From: Chloroflexota bacterium
GTDB taxonomy: Bacteria > Chloroflexota > UBA11872 > VXNJ01
Reading direction: 5' to 3'
Assembly: GCA_030744875.1 (NCBI GenBank)
Contig: JASLPR010000030.1
Location: 1-63,193, forward strand
DNA: 63,193 bases
Shown here: positions 20,976-31,062 of the stretch, piece by piece
Position numbering within the stretch: the first letter of the stretch is position 1
How the letters are laid out: each line of letters starts with the position of its first letter
Notes under the pieces: model-generated
The model's database searches: none
The model's input: only the letters and a program-made list of their open reading frames with translations
Told to the model about the DNA's origin: nothing
Position numbers and translations under genes: made by a program

Positions 20976-22110
20976 CTAGTTCAGCCCCGACCCGCCCGCC
21001 GGCCCGGCGGCCGGCGTCGCGTTGATCATCAGGATGCCCCTCAGCCGGCCGTCGGTCTCCACCACCGCCAGCGCCGGGTACTGTTTTTCGAGCATCAACT
21101 CGATGGCCTCCTGCACCGGCGTGTGCTCGCCCACGTACTCCACCTGCGCCAGCATGACTTCCCGGATCGCCGTCCCGCCGATCAGCTGCGTCAGCGCCGT
21201 CTCCACCATCGTCCGGGTCACCCACCCGACCGGCCGCCCTACGCTGTCCAGCACCGGGTAGATGTTCTGCGCCGAACCGGCCATGAAAGTCTGCGCGCTG
21301 GCCAGCGAGACATGCGGACCCAGCACCGCCGCATTGCGGATCATCATCTCCCCGGCGGTCCGCCCTTCCAGGCCCTTCTTCCGTTTCAGCGCGTTCAACT
21401 CCGCCTGCGCCGATGTCCAGATGAAGAACGCGATGAAGATGCGGATTCCGGCCCCGAAGTACTGCACTCCCGAGTTGTCCAGCAGCCCGGACACCGCCAG
21501 CAGGACCGCCGCGCCTTGGCCCACCCGGGCGGCGATCGTCGTCGCCCGCACGTGCTCCAGCCGCATCGCCAGCACCGCCCGGAATATGCGCCCCCCGTCC
21601 AGGGGAAGCGCCGGAATCAGGTTGAAGATGCCGAGGGTGAGATTCATCGTCGCCAGCAGTCCCACCATCTGCCCCCAGCCGGACAAAACGAACCGATCCA
21701 GCAGGCCTGGCGAGTTCACCGACAACGTCCGCGACTCCAGGCTCTGGTCCAGCAACCAGAGAAGCCCCGCAAGCACGAACGTCACCGCCGGCCCGGCGGC
21801 CGTGATCCGCAGCTCGTGCCACGGGTTCTTCGGAATCCGCTCCATCCAGGCGATACCGCCCATCGGGTAGAGCGTGATGTTGCGGACGCCGACTCCCAGG
21901 CGCAGCGCCTCCAGGCCATGCCCCAATTCGTGCAGGGCTACACTCACGAACAGCAGCAGGATCGTCACGACGCTGAAGGCCATCTCTTCGAAATCGATTC
22001 GCGGACCGGAGATCGCCGGCCATGCCGCGAACAGCAGCAGGAGCGGGAACGTGATGTGCAGGCGGATCTCGATGCCCTTGACCGTTAGGATCTTCAGCGG
22101 AGTCGCTCAT
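20976..22110 (-). CDS. site-2 (M50) metalloprotease with CBS domains; 1-nt frameshift just after the ATG
   Basis: HELGH, AGP, NLIPALPLDGG and a CBS pair. The frame extends upstream as LKILTVKGIEIRLH but is one base out of phase with ATG AGC GAC TCC at 22110. Confidence 0.85.
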
Positions 22111-22253
22111 TTCGCGGGTAGATGGGGCTCGCTCGACCGACCAGCGCGCCAGTCCGACGCAACCGCTCAGTCCGAGTGTCTATTCTCGCACCAATTGGCC
22201 ACGGCCTACGTAAGTCTTCCACCCGACCGTCCGACCGCCTCGACCACCCGCCC

Positions 22254-23726
22254 CTACCCCACCGCCCCCCGCCCCACCTCCCCGCTCGCCCGCAGCTCTT
22301 CCACCGTCCGCACTGGCAACCGCGCCGCGCCTTTGTTATCCGGGAACGGCGCCGGACCGGCCGCCGCCAATCGCGCCTTTGCCGCCGGGATCGCCCTGGC
22401 GTACTGCGGCAGCCATTCCGCCTGCGCCACCAGCATCTCGTCGGCCATCTGCCAGATCTGTTCCGGCCCGCACACCGCGCCGGTCAGGGGGTCGTGCATG
22501 AGAGCCTGTTTCAGCAAACTCACGTCGCCGGTCACCGCCGCCTCAACCGCCATCCGCTGCACCGAAACCGACACGTTGCAGGTGGCCGCGCACGCCGCCG
22601 GCAACTCCCCGACCGTTAGCACCGCGATACCGTTCCCGTCGGCGTAGCCCGGCGCCTCGATCACGCAATCGTCCGGCAGGTTGACGATCACGCCCCGATT
22701 GCGCACGTTGAAATGGCCCCGGTAGGCGCGCCCGGTTTCCAGTCCTTCCAGGATCCAACTGGCGTGCTCGTCCGAGCGTCCGGCGGCGTCGATCGGCGGA
22801 TCGTCGGCCGCCAGCCACTCCGGGAAATCGGTCTCAAACCAGTCCCTTCCCTCGGTGCAGACCCGCAGGTAGCCGCCGGTCTCGCCGTTGATCCAGTGCG
22901 ACAGATCCATCCAGCGGCGAATGTCCTCCGGCCGGGTCCGGTACCAGGGCAGGTACTCCGACAGGTGCCCGCTGGACTCCGTGCTGTAGAAGCCGAAGCG
23001 CCTGAGCACATCGATCCGCACCCGCTCCGTCCGCGAATACTCGGGGTGCCGCTCGAACGCCCGCAGCAGTTCTTCGCCGTCGACCTCCCGGCCCGCCAAC
23101 CGAATCTGCGTATACCAGGTCTGGTGGTTGATCCCGGCGCAGATGATGTCCACCGCCTCCCGGCTTTCCGCCCCCAGCACAGCGGCGATCTGCTGGTGGC
23201 CGTGCTGGACCCCGTGGCAGAGGCCGATGGTGTTGACTCCGCCGTATTCCAGCGCCGCCCAGACGTTCATCGCCATCGGGTTGGCGTAGTTCAGGAACAG
23301 CGCGTCCGGCTTCGCCACGTCGCGAATATCGCGGCAGAAATCCAGCACCACGGGGATATTGCGTTGCCCGTACATAATTCCGCCTGCGCACAGCGTGTCC
23401 CCGACGCACTGGTCCACCCCGTATTTGAGCGGAATCTCGATATCCAGCGCGAACGCCTCCAGCCCGCCGATCCGGGTGCAATTTATCACGTAGTCGGCGT
23501 CGCTGAGCGCCTCCCGGCGGTCGGTGGTCGCCGTCACCCGCGTCGGCAGGTTGTTGTTGCCGATGTCCTTCTGGCAGAGCGCCGTCACCATCTCTAGGCT
23601 CCGCGCCGAGATGTCGGTGAAGGCGAAATGGGTGTCGCGGAACTCGGGCACCGCCAGCAGATCGCGCAGCAAGCGCCGCGTGAAGCCCACACTGCCGGCG
23701 CCGACGAACGTGATCTTCAGCGCCAT
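22254..23726 (-). CDS. melA: GH4 NAD+-dependent alpha-galactosidase
   Basis: KITFVGAGS..F, D.EIPLKYGVDQCVGDT, NYANPM, GLCH, AGINH, TESSGHLSEYLPWY. Confidence 0.9.
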   Translation of the reverse strand: MALKITFVGAGSVGFTRRLLRDLLAVPEFRDTHFAFTDISARSLEMVTALCQKDIGNNNLPTRVTATTDRREALSDADYVINCTRIGGLEAFALDIEIPLKYGVDQCVGDTLCAGGIMYGQRNIPVVLDFCRDIRDVAKPDALFLNYANPMAMNVWAALEYGGVNTIGLCHGVQHGHQQIAAVLGAESREAVDIICAGINHQTWYTQIRLAGREVDGEELLRAFERHPEYSRTERVRIDVLRRFGFYSTESSGHLSEYLPWYRTRPEDIRRWMDLSHWINGETGGYLRVCTEGRDWFETDFPEWLAADDPPIDAAGRSDEHASWILEGLETGRAYRGHFNVRNRGVIVNLPDDCVIEAPGYADGNGIAVLTVGELPAACAATCNVSVSVQRMAVEAAVTGDVSLLKQALMHDPLTGAVCGPEQIWQMADEMLVAQAEWLPQYARAIPAAKARLAAAGPAPFPDNKGAARLPVRTVEELRASGEVGRGAVG

Positions 23727-23763
23727 CGCCGGCCTCCCCGCAAAACCCCTGCCGCCAACTCCT

Positions 23764-25665
23764 CTAGGCCTCCGGTATCCACACCCGCATCTTGCCCGCC
23801 CCGCGGTTGGCCCAGACGAAGTACGGGATTGCCTTCAGCGGCGTGCTGCCGGTGGCGCCCAGCGCGGCGAACGGCTGCTCCTGATAGAGGTTCGTCGGCT
23901 TGCCGTTCAGTTCCACGCCCTCGGCCTCCAGCACGGTCACCCCGCCCAGCAGGTCCGCCTCGTGGTGACTGGCGATCGTCGCGTCCGGCGGCAGGCCCAG
24001 GTCGTAGACATCAACGTCGGCGTGATCGGCCTCCTCGACGCAATACACGATCGGCCCCCGCGCCAGCGCCACGTGGCCGCGGTTGTTCAGCACCCGCGGG
24101 TGGCTGCGCACGCGCCGCGCCCGCATCGGCAGTTCCAGCGAAACCGCGTCGCCGGCGGCCCACTCCCGGGTGATCCGCGCATACGAACCCGGCACGACCT
24201 CCACTCCCGCCGGCTCGCCGTTCACCAGCAACTCGGCGGTGTCCGCCCAGGCCGGTATCCGCAGCGCCAGCGTTGTCGGGCCGCCCGGCGCCTCGGCCAG
24301 CTTCAAGCGAATCGCGCCGTCCCACGGGTATTCGGTATCCACGCTCATCGCCAATCTGCCGCGCTCCCCGAGGTCGGCCGCCACGCTGCCGCTCACGTAC
24401 AGGTGCACCCACAGCCCGTCGTCGTCGGTCGAATAGGCATAGCCCGGCAGGCTCATCAGCAGCCGCGCCACGTTCGGCGGGCAGCACGAGCACTCAAACC
24501 AGCTATCGCGCGCGTAGCCGCCCGGTGACGCCAGCGGGTTCATATAGAAATAGCCCTGCCCGTCCAACGAGATGCCCGAAATCACGCTGTTGAACAGCGC
24601 CGTCTCCATGGCGTCGGCGTATTTGGCGTCGCCGTAGCGAGCCAGCATCCGCCAGTTCCAGAACACCGCCCCGATGGCCGCGCAGGTCTCGGCGTAGGCC
24701 CGTTCATTGGGCAGTTCGTAGTTGTCGCCGAAGGCCTCGCCCTCATAGCGCGCGCCGAGCGCCCCGGTCACATAGGCCTTGCGCGAATAGGTGTTGTCCC
24801 ACAGCCGGTGCAGCGCGGCCTCCATTGCGGCGTCCTCGCCCTCCAGGATCACGTCGGTCATCCCGGTGGTCATATACATCGCCCGCACCGCGTGCCCCAC
24901 CACCTCCGACTGCTCGCGCACCGGCAGGTGATCCTGGTAGTACTCGCGCTCGCGGCGGCGCGGCCGGTCCGGGATCACCGACGGGTTCTTGCCGCGCTGG
25001 TCCAGGAAGTCGATCGCCAGATCTAGGTACTTCCGCTCGTCGGTCTCGCGGTACAACTCGGCCAGCGCCATTTCAATTTCCTCGTGCCCGTCGGTCGCGT
25101 CGCGCTTGCCCGGGCCGAAGGTGGCCACCAAGTGCTCTGCCACCCGGATCGCCACGTCAAAGAAGGTGTCCCGGCCGGTGCCGCGGCGATGGGCGATCGC
25201 CGCCTGGATCATGTGCCCGTAGCAGTAGAACTCGTGCTCCTGGGTCAGGTTGGTGTAGCGCGCGCTCGCCCGGTTGAACATGAAGGCCGTGTTCAGGTAG
25301 CCGTCGGGCTGCTGGGCGGCGGCGATCTCATCGATCACCGCCTCGATCAGCTCTTCCAGCTCCGGGCTCACGCCTTCCATCAGCGCGTAGCCGGCCGCCT
25401 CCAGCGCCTTGTAGACATCCGAGTCGTTAAACACCAACCCCTGGTGATCGGCGATCTCGCGGCGGCCCGAGGCGCGCCGGAAGTTGTCGATCCGGCCGGT
25501 CTTCTCACACTGCACCAGCTGCTCCCGAATCGTCTCTTCGCGAATCGTCGCCCGGCGCGGCGCCCAGACGCCGTCCGCGAACTCCACCGCCGTCAGCGGC
25601 ACCGGCCGCAGCCGCGCGTGCGGGCTTCGCCCCAGATCCATCAAGACCCCGCTCGTTTTGCTCAT
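23764..25665 (-). CDS. GH127 beta-L-arabinofuranosidase family (DUF1680)
   Basis: DSDVYK.LE, HE.YC.GH, GHEEIE.AL, GHAVRAMY, AYAETCA, W..CSCCPPN. Start MSKTSG at 25665. Confidence 0.9.
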   Translation of the reverse strand: MSKTSGVLMDLGRSPHARLRPVPLTAVEFADGVWAPRRATIREETIREQLVQCEKTGRIDNFRRASGRREIADHQGLVFNDSDVYKALEAAGYALMEGVSPELEELIEAVIDEIAAAQQPDGYLNTAFMFNRASARYTNLTQEHEFYCYGHMIQAAIAHRRGTGRDTFFDVAIRVAEHLVATFGPGKRDATDGHEEIEMALAELYRETDERKYLDLAIDFLDQRGKNPSVIPDRPRRREREYYQDHLPVREQSEVVGHAVRAMYMTTGMTDVILEGEDAAMEAALHRLWDNTYSRKAYVTGALGARYEGEAFGDNYELPNERAYAETCAAIGAVFWNWRMLARYGDAKYADAMETALFNSVISGISLDGQGYFYMNPLASPGGYARDSWFECSCCPPNVARLLMSLPGYAYSTDDDGLWVHLYVSGSVAADLGERGRLAMSVDTEYPWDGAIRLKLAEAPGGPTTLALRIPAWADTAELLVNGEPAGVEVVPGSYARITREWAAGDAVSLELPMRARRVRSHPRVLNNRGHVALARGPIVYCVEEADHADVDVYDLGLPPDATIASHHEADLLGGVTVLEAEGVELNGKPTNLYQEQPFAALGATGSTPLKAIPYFVWANRGAGKMRVWIPEA

Positions 25666-25756
25666 CTCGTTCCGCCTCCGGTTGCCGACGCTGCAAGCTC
25701 TGGTGGGCAACAGTATTATCGATGTCCGCTCGCATTCAAATCCGGGGAGTGCACTG

Positions 25757-26930
25757 ATGGAAATCACCGACATCAAGGCCACCATGCTCGAGATCCCGTA
25801 ACCGGAGGAATTCCGCGCGGCCTGGCGCCCCGACGTAGTCGAGACCTCCCGCCCCGCCACCATCGTGCTGATCACCACCGACGACGGCATCGTCGGCGTG
25901 GGCGGCTCAGGCCGGAGGGATGCCGCGCTGATCCGCGACTTCATTGCCTGGCAACTCATCGGCCAGAACCCCTTCGCCCTCGAGCGCCACGCCGATCTCC
26001 TGCGCCAGGCCGGCGGCGGCTGGATTGTCGACATGGCCCTCTGCGACAGTGTCGCCAAGGCTGCCGGGCTGCCCCTCGCCACCCTCTGGGGCCTCTACCA
26101 GAACCGCATCCGCGCCTACGCCAGCCTGGTCACCCGCCCGCCCCGTCGAAGAAGTCGCCGAGCGTGCCCTCGAACTCAAGTCCCAGGGCTTCCTAGCCGT
26201 CAAGATCCGCGCCCATTACGAGACCCTCGCCGACGATGTCCGCATGGTCGAACTCGTCCGTGAGGCCGTCGGCGACTCCATGGAGATCATGGTCGACGCC
26301 AATCAGGCGGGTCCCGTCTCGGCCTCCAATCCGGTCGCCGGCGCCGGCGTCACTTGGGACCTAGGGCGCGCCACCGCCACCGCCCGCGAATACGAGCAAC
26401 TGGGGGTGCTGTGGCTCGAGGAGCCGCTGCCCCGCTACCAGTTCGAGAACCTGTCGCGGCTCCGCGACGCCGTCGGGGTTCCCATCGCCGGCGGCGAGGG
26501 CAACACCGGCCTGCACGAGTTCCACTGGATGCTGCGCGACGGGGCCTACGACATCGTGCAGCCCGACGCCACCACTTCAGAGGGTCTCTCCCAATTGCGC
26601 AAGGTGGCGGCCACCGCCGAGTTGATGGGTCGGCAGTTCATCCCCCACCACGGCGCTGGCGGGATCGGCCTGGCGGCCCACCTGCACCTCTGCGCGACGC
26701 TGCGCAACTCCCCCTGGATCGAGTTCATCATCGACCCGCCCTGTCGCACCCTGCGTTCCTACCAGCACCTGGGCGGGGTGCTGGCGGAGCCGCTGAATAT
26801 CGACGAAGAGGGCTACCTGGACGTGCCGACCGGCAGCGGACTCGGGGTGGTGATTGATGAGATTGCGCTGCAGCGCTTCGCCACCGACACGGCGCGCAGC
26901 ACCACCTCGCGGACCCGCTCCACTGACTAG
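25757..26930 (+). pseudogene. mandelate racemase/muconate lactonizing (enolase superfamily) enzyme with an in-frame TAA and a frameshift
   Basis: MEITDIKA...IP*PEEF...ITTDDG.VG.G, DMAL.D..AK..G.PL; frameshift near 26135; then KIR, MVDAN, WLEEP, GGEG, QPD, PHH. Confidence 0.85.
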
Positions 26931-27023
26931 GGCGGACCCGGTGGCGGGGTTGCGCTACCCGACTAGGCCATCTACCAGTCCCTGCCGGGCCCGGCCAGCG
27001 AGCGGCGCTCGCCGGCCGTTGCA

Positions 27024-27056
27024 GAAAGAAGAGCGGGGGCCCGAAGGCCCCCACTC
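27024..27056 (-). terminator. intrinsic terminator with cUUCGg tetraloop
   Basis: Minus strand GAGTGGGGGCC-TTCG-GGCCCCCGCTC-TTCTTTC: 11-bp stem followed by a U-rich tail. Confidence 0.85.
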
Positions 27057-27570
27057 GAAAGCTCTGTATTTCGCTCGATCACCGCCGGAACTGCCCGGTC
27101 AGTATCAAAACTCTGATTTGTTTTTCCGCTCCGGTGGTTTCAAGGCCGGATTGCGGACTGTTGTGCCTTCCGGCTGGGTGGCATCTTCCAGTGTGCAACC
27201 GTGCGAATGGCTTGTGATGGGACCGGGCGTCACTAGGTGCGTCCTCACCCAACCTCCGTTTGCCGGCTTCCCCGTTTCGGGCGTTTCCGCTCGAACTCCG
27301 GGCTTCGCAGCTTCCGCCATTGACGCTGGGGTTTGGTGTAGCTGTTCCAGTGGCCGGATCGGTTTACCCGCCCCGGACTCCGGCTCGGCCTTCCCGCTCC
27401 GTACGCCGGGTCGGTTTACCCGCCCTGGCTTCGGTTTGGACTAACCGCCCCGTCCAACGACCCTCTCAGTCCGATGACCCGAGGGGACCCCTAATTAATC
27501 ACCAGCCAGCGATGGTTTCGAATGTAGATTCTTACCACCATTCGCTCCTCGCTCTGTCCGCCTCGCCACG
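27024..27570 (-). ncRNA. candidate large structured non-coding RNA (~545 nt), family not recognised
   Basis: Bounded by a sigma70 promoter and an intrinsic terminator. No credible ORF. Many hairpins and GNRA loops, plus a duplicated internal hairpin. Confidence 0.6.
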
Positions 27571-27575
27571 TCTTG

Positions 27576-27603
27576 AATCTACTCTAAAGCGCGGTTTCGT
27601 CAA
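27576..27603 (-). promoter_or_regulatory. sigma70-type promoter TTGACG-N16-TAGATT
   Basis: Minus strand TTGACG aaaccgcgctttagag TAGATT; each box is close to consensus. Confidence 0.65.
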
Positions 27604-27675
27604 GGAATTCTGGCCGCGTGAACCGCCTCTCGGTACCCCTCCATGGCGCCCCCGGAATCGCCTCTCCCGGCCGGG

Positions 27676-28149
27676 TCAAGCTGCCCCTTCGGCGTCCTCC
27701 CGCAGCCGCGTTTCCAGCCGGCGTAACGCCTCCCGGTTGTCCTCCCAGGTCAGCCGTGCCAGCGCCGCGTCCGGCGTCACCCAGGCCCAATCGTCGTGCT
27801 CCTTGCCGATCGTCACGGCGTCCCCGGCCACCTCGACCGCGTACGAATGCTTCACCGCGGCCAACTCCCGGTCGCCGCCGTATCTGGTGAACTCAAACGG
27901 AAACGCGAACTCCAGGTCGAGAATTGCCACCGGGTCGCCGATCCCGGTCTCCTCGCGGACCTCGCGCCGCACCGCCGCCTCCAGCTCTTCGCCGTCTTCG
28001 ACGCTGCCGGTCACCGCCTGCCACCAGCCGCCGCGTTGCGGGGTGCGCCGCAGCAGCAGCACTCGCACGGGGTCGGTCCTTCGAAACACGATCGCCTCCA
28101 CCACCCGGTGGCGCGCTCCGCCGGTGTCGCTTGAATCGCCCGCGGTCAT
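27676..28149 (-). CDS. NUDIX hydrolase (NudB-like)
   Basis: VLLLRR....GWWQAVTGSVEDGE..EAAVRREVREETG Nudix box; EH..WAW. Confidence 0.85.
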   Translation of the reverse strand: MTAGDSSDTGGARHRVVEAIVFRRTDPVRVLLLRRTPQRGGWWQAVTGSVEDGEELEAAVRREVREETGIGDPVAILDLEFAFPFEFTRYGGDRELAAVKHSYAVEVAGDAVTIGKEHDDWAWVTPDAALARLTWEDNREALRRLETRLREDAEGAA

Positions 28150-28304
28150 CGCCGGCGCCGTCCCTTCCGGTCGAATTGCCGATACCATATGGGTCCGCAT
28201 CCGACCGCGCTGGCCGGCGCCCGTCGGACGCCCATCATGACATCCGGCGACTAGCGGCGGCGGCGGCCACCCGGGCGTCCGGTAATGAGGGAGGGTTTTG
28301 GTCC

Positions 28305-28508
28305 GTGCAACCCATCAATGATTTCATCGTCGTCCCCAGCATCCCCGCGTCGTTGCGGCCGCTCAAGGAGATCAGCTACAACCTCTGGTGGAGCTGGAAC
28401 CCGGATGCCGTCGGCCTCTTTCGGCGCATCGACGCCGGACTCTGGGAACAGGCCAACCACAACCCGATCCGCCTGCTCGGCATGGTGTGCTGGGCTCCCC
28501 CGCAATGA
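28305..28508 (+). pseudogene. glgP: 5' remnant of alpha-glucan (glycogen) phosphorylase
   Basis: F.VVPSIP..L..L.EISYNLWWSWN...LFRRID..LWE...HNPI.LL is the phosphorylase N-terminus, with RBS GAGGGAGG. Truncated after ~65 codons. Confidence 0.8.
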
Positions 28509-28538
28509 TGAATTCGGCCAGCCGATCGCCGCGCACCC

Positions 28539-28994
28539 GTGGCTGATCAGGGGCTCGCCGGCCCGCCCTTGGTGTGGCGCGTCCTGCTGGCGCTGGCGGT
28601 CGATCCGGATGCCGGCTATGCCTCGCCGTTCGTCGGGGCCACGGTTCCGCGCCGCTTCCACTACGGGTGGCGATTCGTTTGCCGGCGCGAGCACCGCCGT
28701 CTCCGGCGGCGCCTGCAGACTTGGTACACCGAAGATCTCGACGCCGCGCCCGGGTCGCACAAGCCGCTGGCGCGGCGCGTCGCCGCCTACCCAGCCGCCT
28801 TCGTCGCCGAAGACCGGGCTTACTGCGCGGGCCTGTCGCCGATCCAGCGGGCCATCCACGGCCTGCTGTTGGTGAGCATGCCGCTGGCCCGCGTTCACCT
28901 CGACGATCTCCGCCACCGCTACCGCTTTTTCGGGGTCGGCGACGAGGTCTGGGTCGACGGTCAAAACCTGGGCCGCGGGCAGGGTCTGGGCTAG
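28539..28994 (+). CDS. hypothetical protein (151 aa)
   Basis: Fills the gap between the glgP remnant and the transketolase promoter. No recognised motif. Confidence 0.4.
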   Translation: MADQGLAGPPLVWRVLLALAVDPDAGYASPFVGATVPRRFHYGWRFVCRREHRRLRRRLQTWYTEDLDAAPGSHKPLARRVAAYPAAFVAEDRAYCAGLSPIQRAIHGLLLVSMPLARVHLDDLRHRYRFFGVGDEVWVDGQNLGRGQGLG

Positions 28995-29206
28995 GCGAAA
29001 GCCCGCTTCGCGCGCCCGGCTGCGCCGGGCTCCGGAGTGCTAGCATTACGCGCGAGCGGCGCCAGTCACTCACCGGCCTCCGGGGCCGGTTTCGACTTCC
29101 TAATCGGCCGCTCCAGCGATGAGTAAGCGAATCCTGTTGACAGTCAGGAGGACAGGACCGTGTCTACGCGTATTTGGAGAATGCCGCCCCGGCGGCGGGG
29201 GCTGGC

Positions 29207-30055
29207 ATGAGCTCCGCGAACGGCGGCGTCGATGCCGCCCTCGTCACTCGTCTCGAAGGTATCGCCGCCAACGCTCGCCAGGACATCCTGCGGGCCATCG
29301 CCAACGCCGGCGCCGGCCACACCGGCGGCAGCCTCTCGGTCACCGACATCCTCACCGCGCTCTACTTCCGGGTATTGCGCAACGACCCGGAGCGCCCCGA
29401 CTGGCCCGAGCGCGACCGCCTGGTCCTGTCCAAGGGCCACGCCTCGGCCGGCTTCTACGCGGTGCTGGCGGCGCGCGGGTACTTCTCCCGCGAAGAGTTT
29501 GTGGAGAACTACGACACCGTCGACAGCATCTTCATGGGCCATCCCGATCGCCTGAAGACCCCCGGCGTCGAGACCTCCACCGGCAGCCTCGGCCACGGCC
29601 TCTCCGTCGCCATCGGCATGGCGCTGGGGCTCAAGGCGAAGGGCCCCGCCGCCCATGTCTACGCCGTGCTCGGTGACGGCGAACTCGACGAGGGCCAGGT
29701 CTGGGAGGCCCTCATGTACGCCGGCACCCATAAGGTCAGCGGGCTCACCGCGATCGTCGATTTCAACAAGCTGCAACTGGTCGGCCGGGTCGACGAGACG
29801 ATGTCCCTGGAGCCGTTGGTGCCCAAGCTGCAGAGCTTCGGCTGGAAGGTCGTCGAGTGCGATGGCCACGACATCGCCGAGTTGATCGCCGTGCTGGAGA
29901 GCGCCCGCGAAGACGCCGACGGCCCGGTGATCGTCCTGGCCCATACCGTCAAAGGCAAAGGCGTCTCGTTCATCGAAGACCAGGTGGCCTGGCACGCCCG
30001 CGTACCTACACCCGAGGAACTGCAACAGGGCCTCGCCGAGCTGGAGGTGAAATGA
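29207..30055 (+). CDS. transketolase, N-terminal (TPP-binding) subunit
   Basis: GH.GGSLS..DI, RDRLVLSKGH, GHP, TGSLGHGLS, GDGELDEG..WEA, DGHD, TVKGKG. TTGACA upstream at 29138. Confidence 0.93.
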   Translation: MSSANGGVDAALVTRLEGIAANARQDILRAIANAGAGHTGGSLSVTDILTALYFRVLRNDPERPDWPERDRLVLSKGHASAGFYAVLAARGYFSREEFVENYDTVDSIFMGHPDRLKTPGVETSTGSLGHGLSVAIGMALGLKAKGPAAHVYAVLGDGELDEGQVWEALMYAGTHKVSGLTAIVDFNKLQLVGRVDETMSLEPLVPKLQSFGWKVVECDGHDIAELIAVLESAREDADGPVIVLAHTVKGKGVSFIEDQVAWHARVPTPEELQQGLAELEVK

Positions 30056-30987
30056 TGGCCATCGGCGACATGATTTCCTGCCGCGAGGCGTTCGGCAAAG
30101 CCCTGGTCGAGGCCGGCGAGCGCGATCCCAACGTGGTCGTCCTCGACGCCGACCTGGGCTCCTCGACACAGGCCGCGATTTTCAAGGACTCGTTCCCGGA
30201 GCGCTTCTATCAGGTCGGGATCGCCGAGCAGAACATGATCGGCATGGCCGCCGGCATGGCCTCGGTGGGGCTGGTCCCGTTCACCAGCACCTTCGCCTGC
30301 TTCACCGGCCGGCGGGTGGCCGACCAGGTGAGCATCTCGGTGGCCTTCCCGCGCTTCAACGTGAAGCTGCTGGGCGCCTACGCCGGCATCCCCGCCGGCA
30401 AGACCGGCGCCACCCACCAGGCGTTCGAGGACCTGGCCATCCTGCGGGCGATCCCCGACATGGTGGTCATCTGCCCCGCCGACGGCGCCGAAACCCGCCA
30501 GGTCGTGCTGGCCGCGGTGGAATTCGAGGGCCCGGTCTACATCCGCTCCACCCGCGAGGTCCTGCCGGTGCTGTTCGACGACGACTACAAGTTCGAGATC
30601 GGCAAGGCGGTCACCCTCCGTGAGGGTGAGGACGTGGGCCTGATCACTACCGGCATCATGGCCCACAAGGTGCTCGAAGCCGCCGACCAGTTGCAGACCC
30701 GCGGCATCTCGGCGCACGTCCTGCACCTGCCCACGCTGAAGCCGCTGGACGTCCCGGCGATCATCGACGTGGCGCAGCGTTTCGACTGGCTCATCACGGT
30801 CGAGAACCACGGCATCATCGGTGGGCTTGGCAGCGCCATCGCGGAGACGGTAACCGAGCACGCTCCGGTGCGGGTGCACCGCATCGGCATCCGCGACCAC
30901 TTCGGCGAATCCGGCGATGACGAGGCCCTGTTCACTAAGTTCGGGATGAACGTCGAGCACATCGTCGCGGCCGCGACCGCGCGTTGA
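30052..30987 (+). CDS. transketolase, C-terminal subunit
   Basis: LDADL..ST, GIAEQNM, G.THQ..ED, P.YIR, LKPLD, ENH...GGLG. ATGA overlap with the N subunit. Confidence 0.93.
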   Translation: MMAIGDMISCREAFGKALVEAGERDPNVVVLDADLGSSTQAAIFKDSFPERFYQVGIAEQNMIGMAAGMASVGLVPFTSTFACFTGRRVADQVSISVAFPRFNVKLLGAYAGIPAGKTGATHQAFEDLAILRAIPDMVVICPADGAETRQVVLAAVEFEGPVYIRSTREVLPVLFDDDYKFEIGKAVTLREGEDVGLITTGIMAHKVLEAADQLQTRGISAHVLHLPTLKPLDVPAIIDVAQRFDWLITVENHGIIGGLGSAIAETVTEHAPVRVHRIGIRDHFGESGDDEALFTKFGMNVEHIVAAATAR

Positions 30988-31062
30988 CAGCCGCCCGGCG
31001 AAAGAACAGCATGCAGTCACCTCCGCACCCAACCAGGCTGCCAACACAGAAGGAATGACGCC

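Noticed and set aside
27105-27320. 71-aa ORF inside the candidate ncRNA
   Set aside because: No clear RBS, no motif, and it covers only part of the promoter-terminator unit. RNA structure explains the region better, though a peptide is not excluded.
27353-27425. CRISPR array
   Set aside because: Only two ~21-nt copies and no cas genes in the window.
27024-27570. Identification as RNase P RNA, tmRNA, 6S, SRP or a group I/II intron
   Set aside because: Diagnostic motifs or size do not match: no GAGGAAAGUCC, no tRNA-like ends, no GUGYG start or domain V seen.
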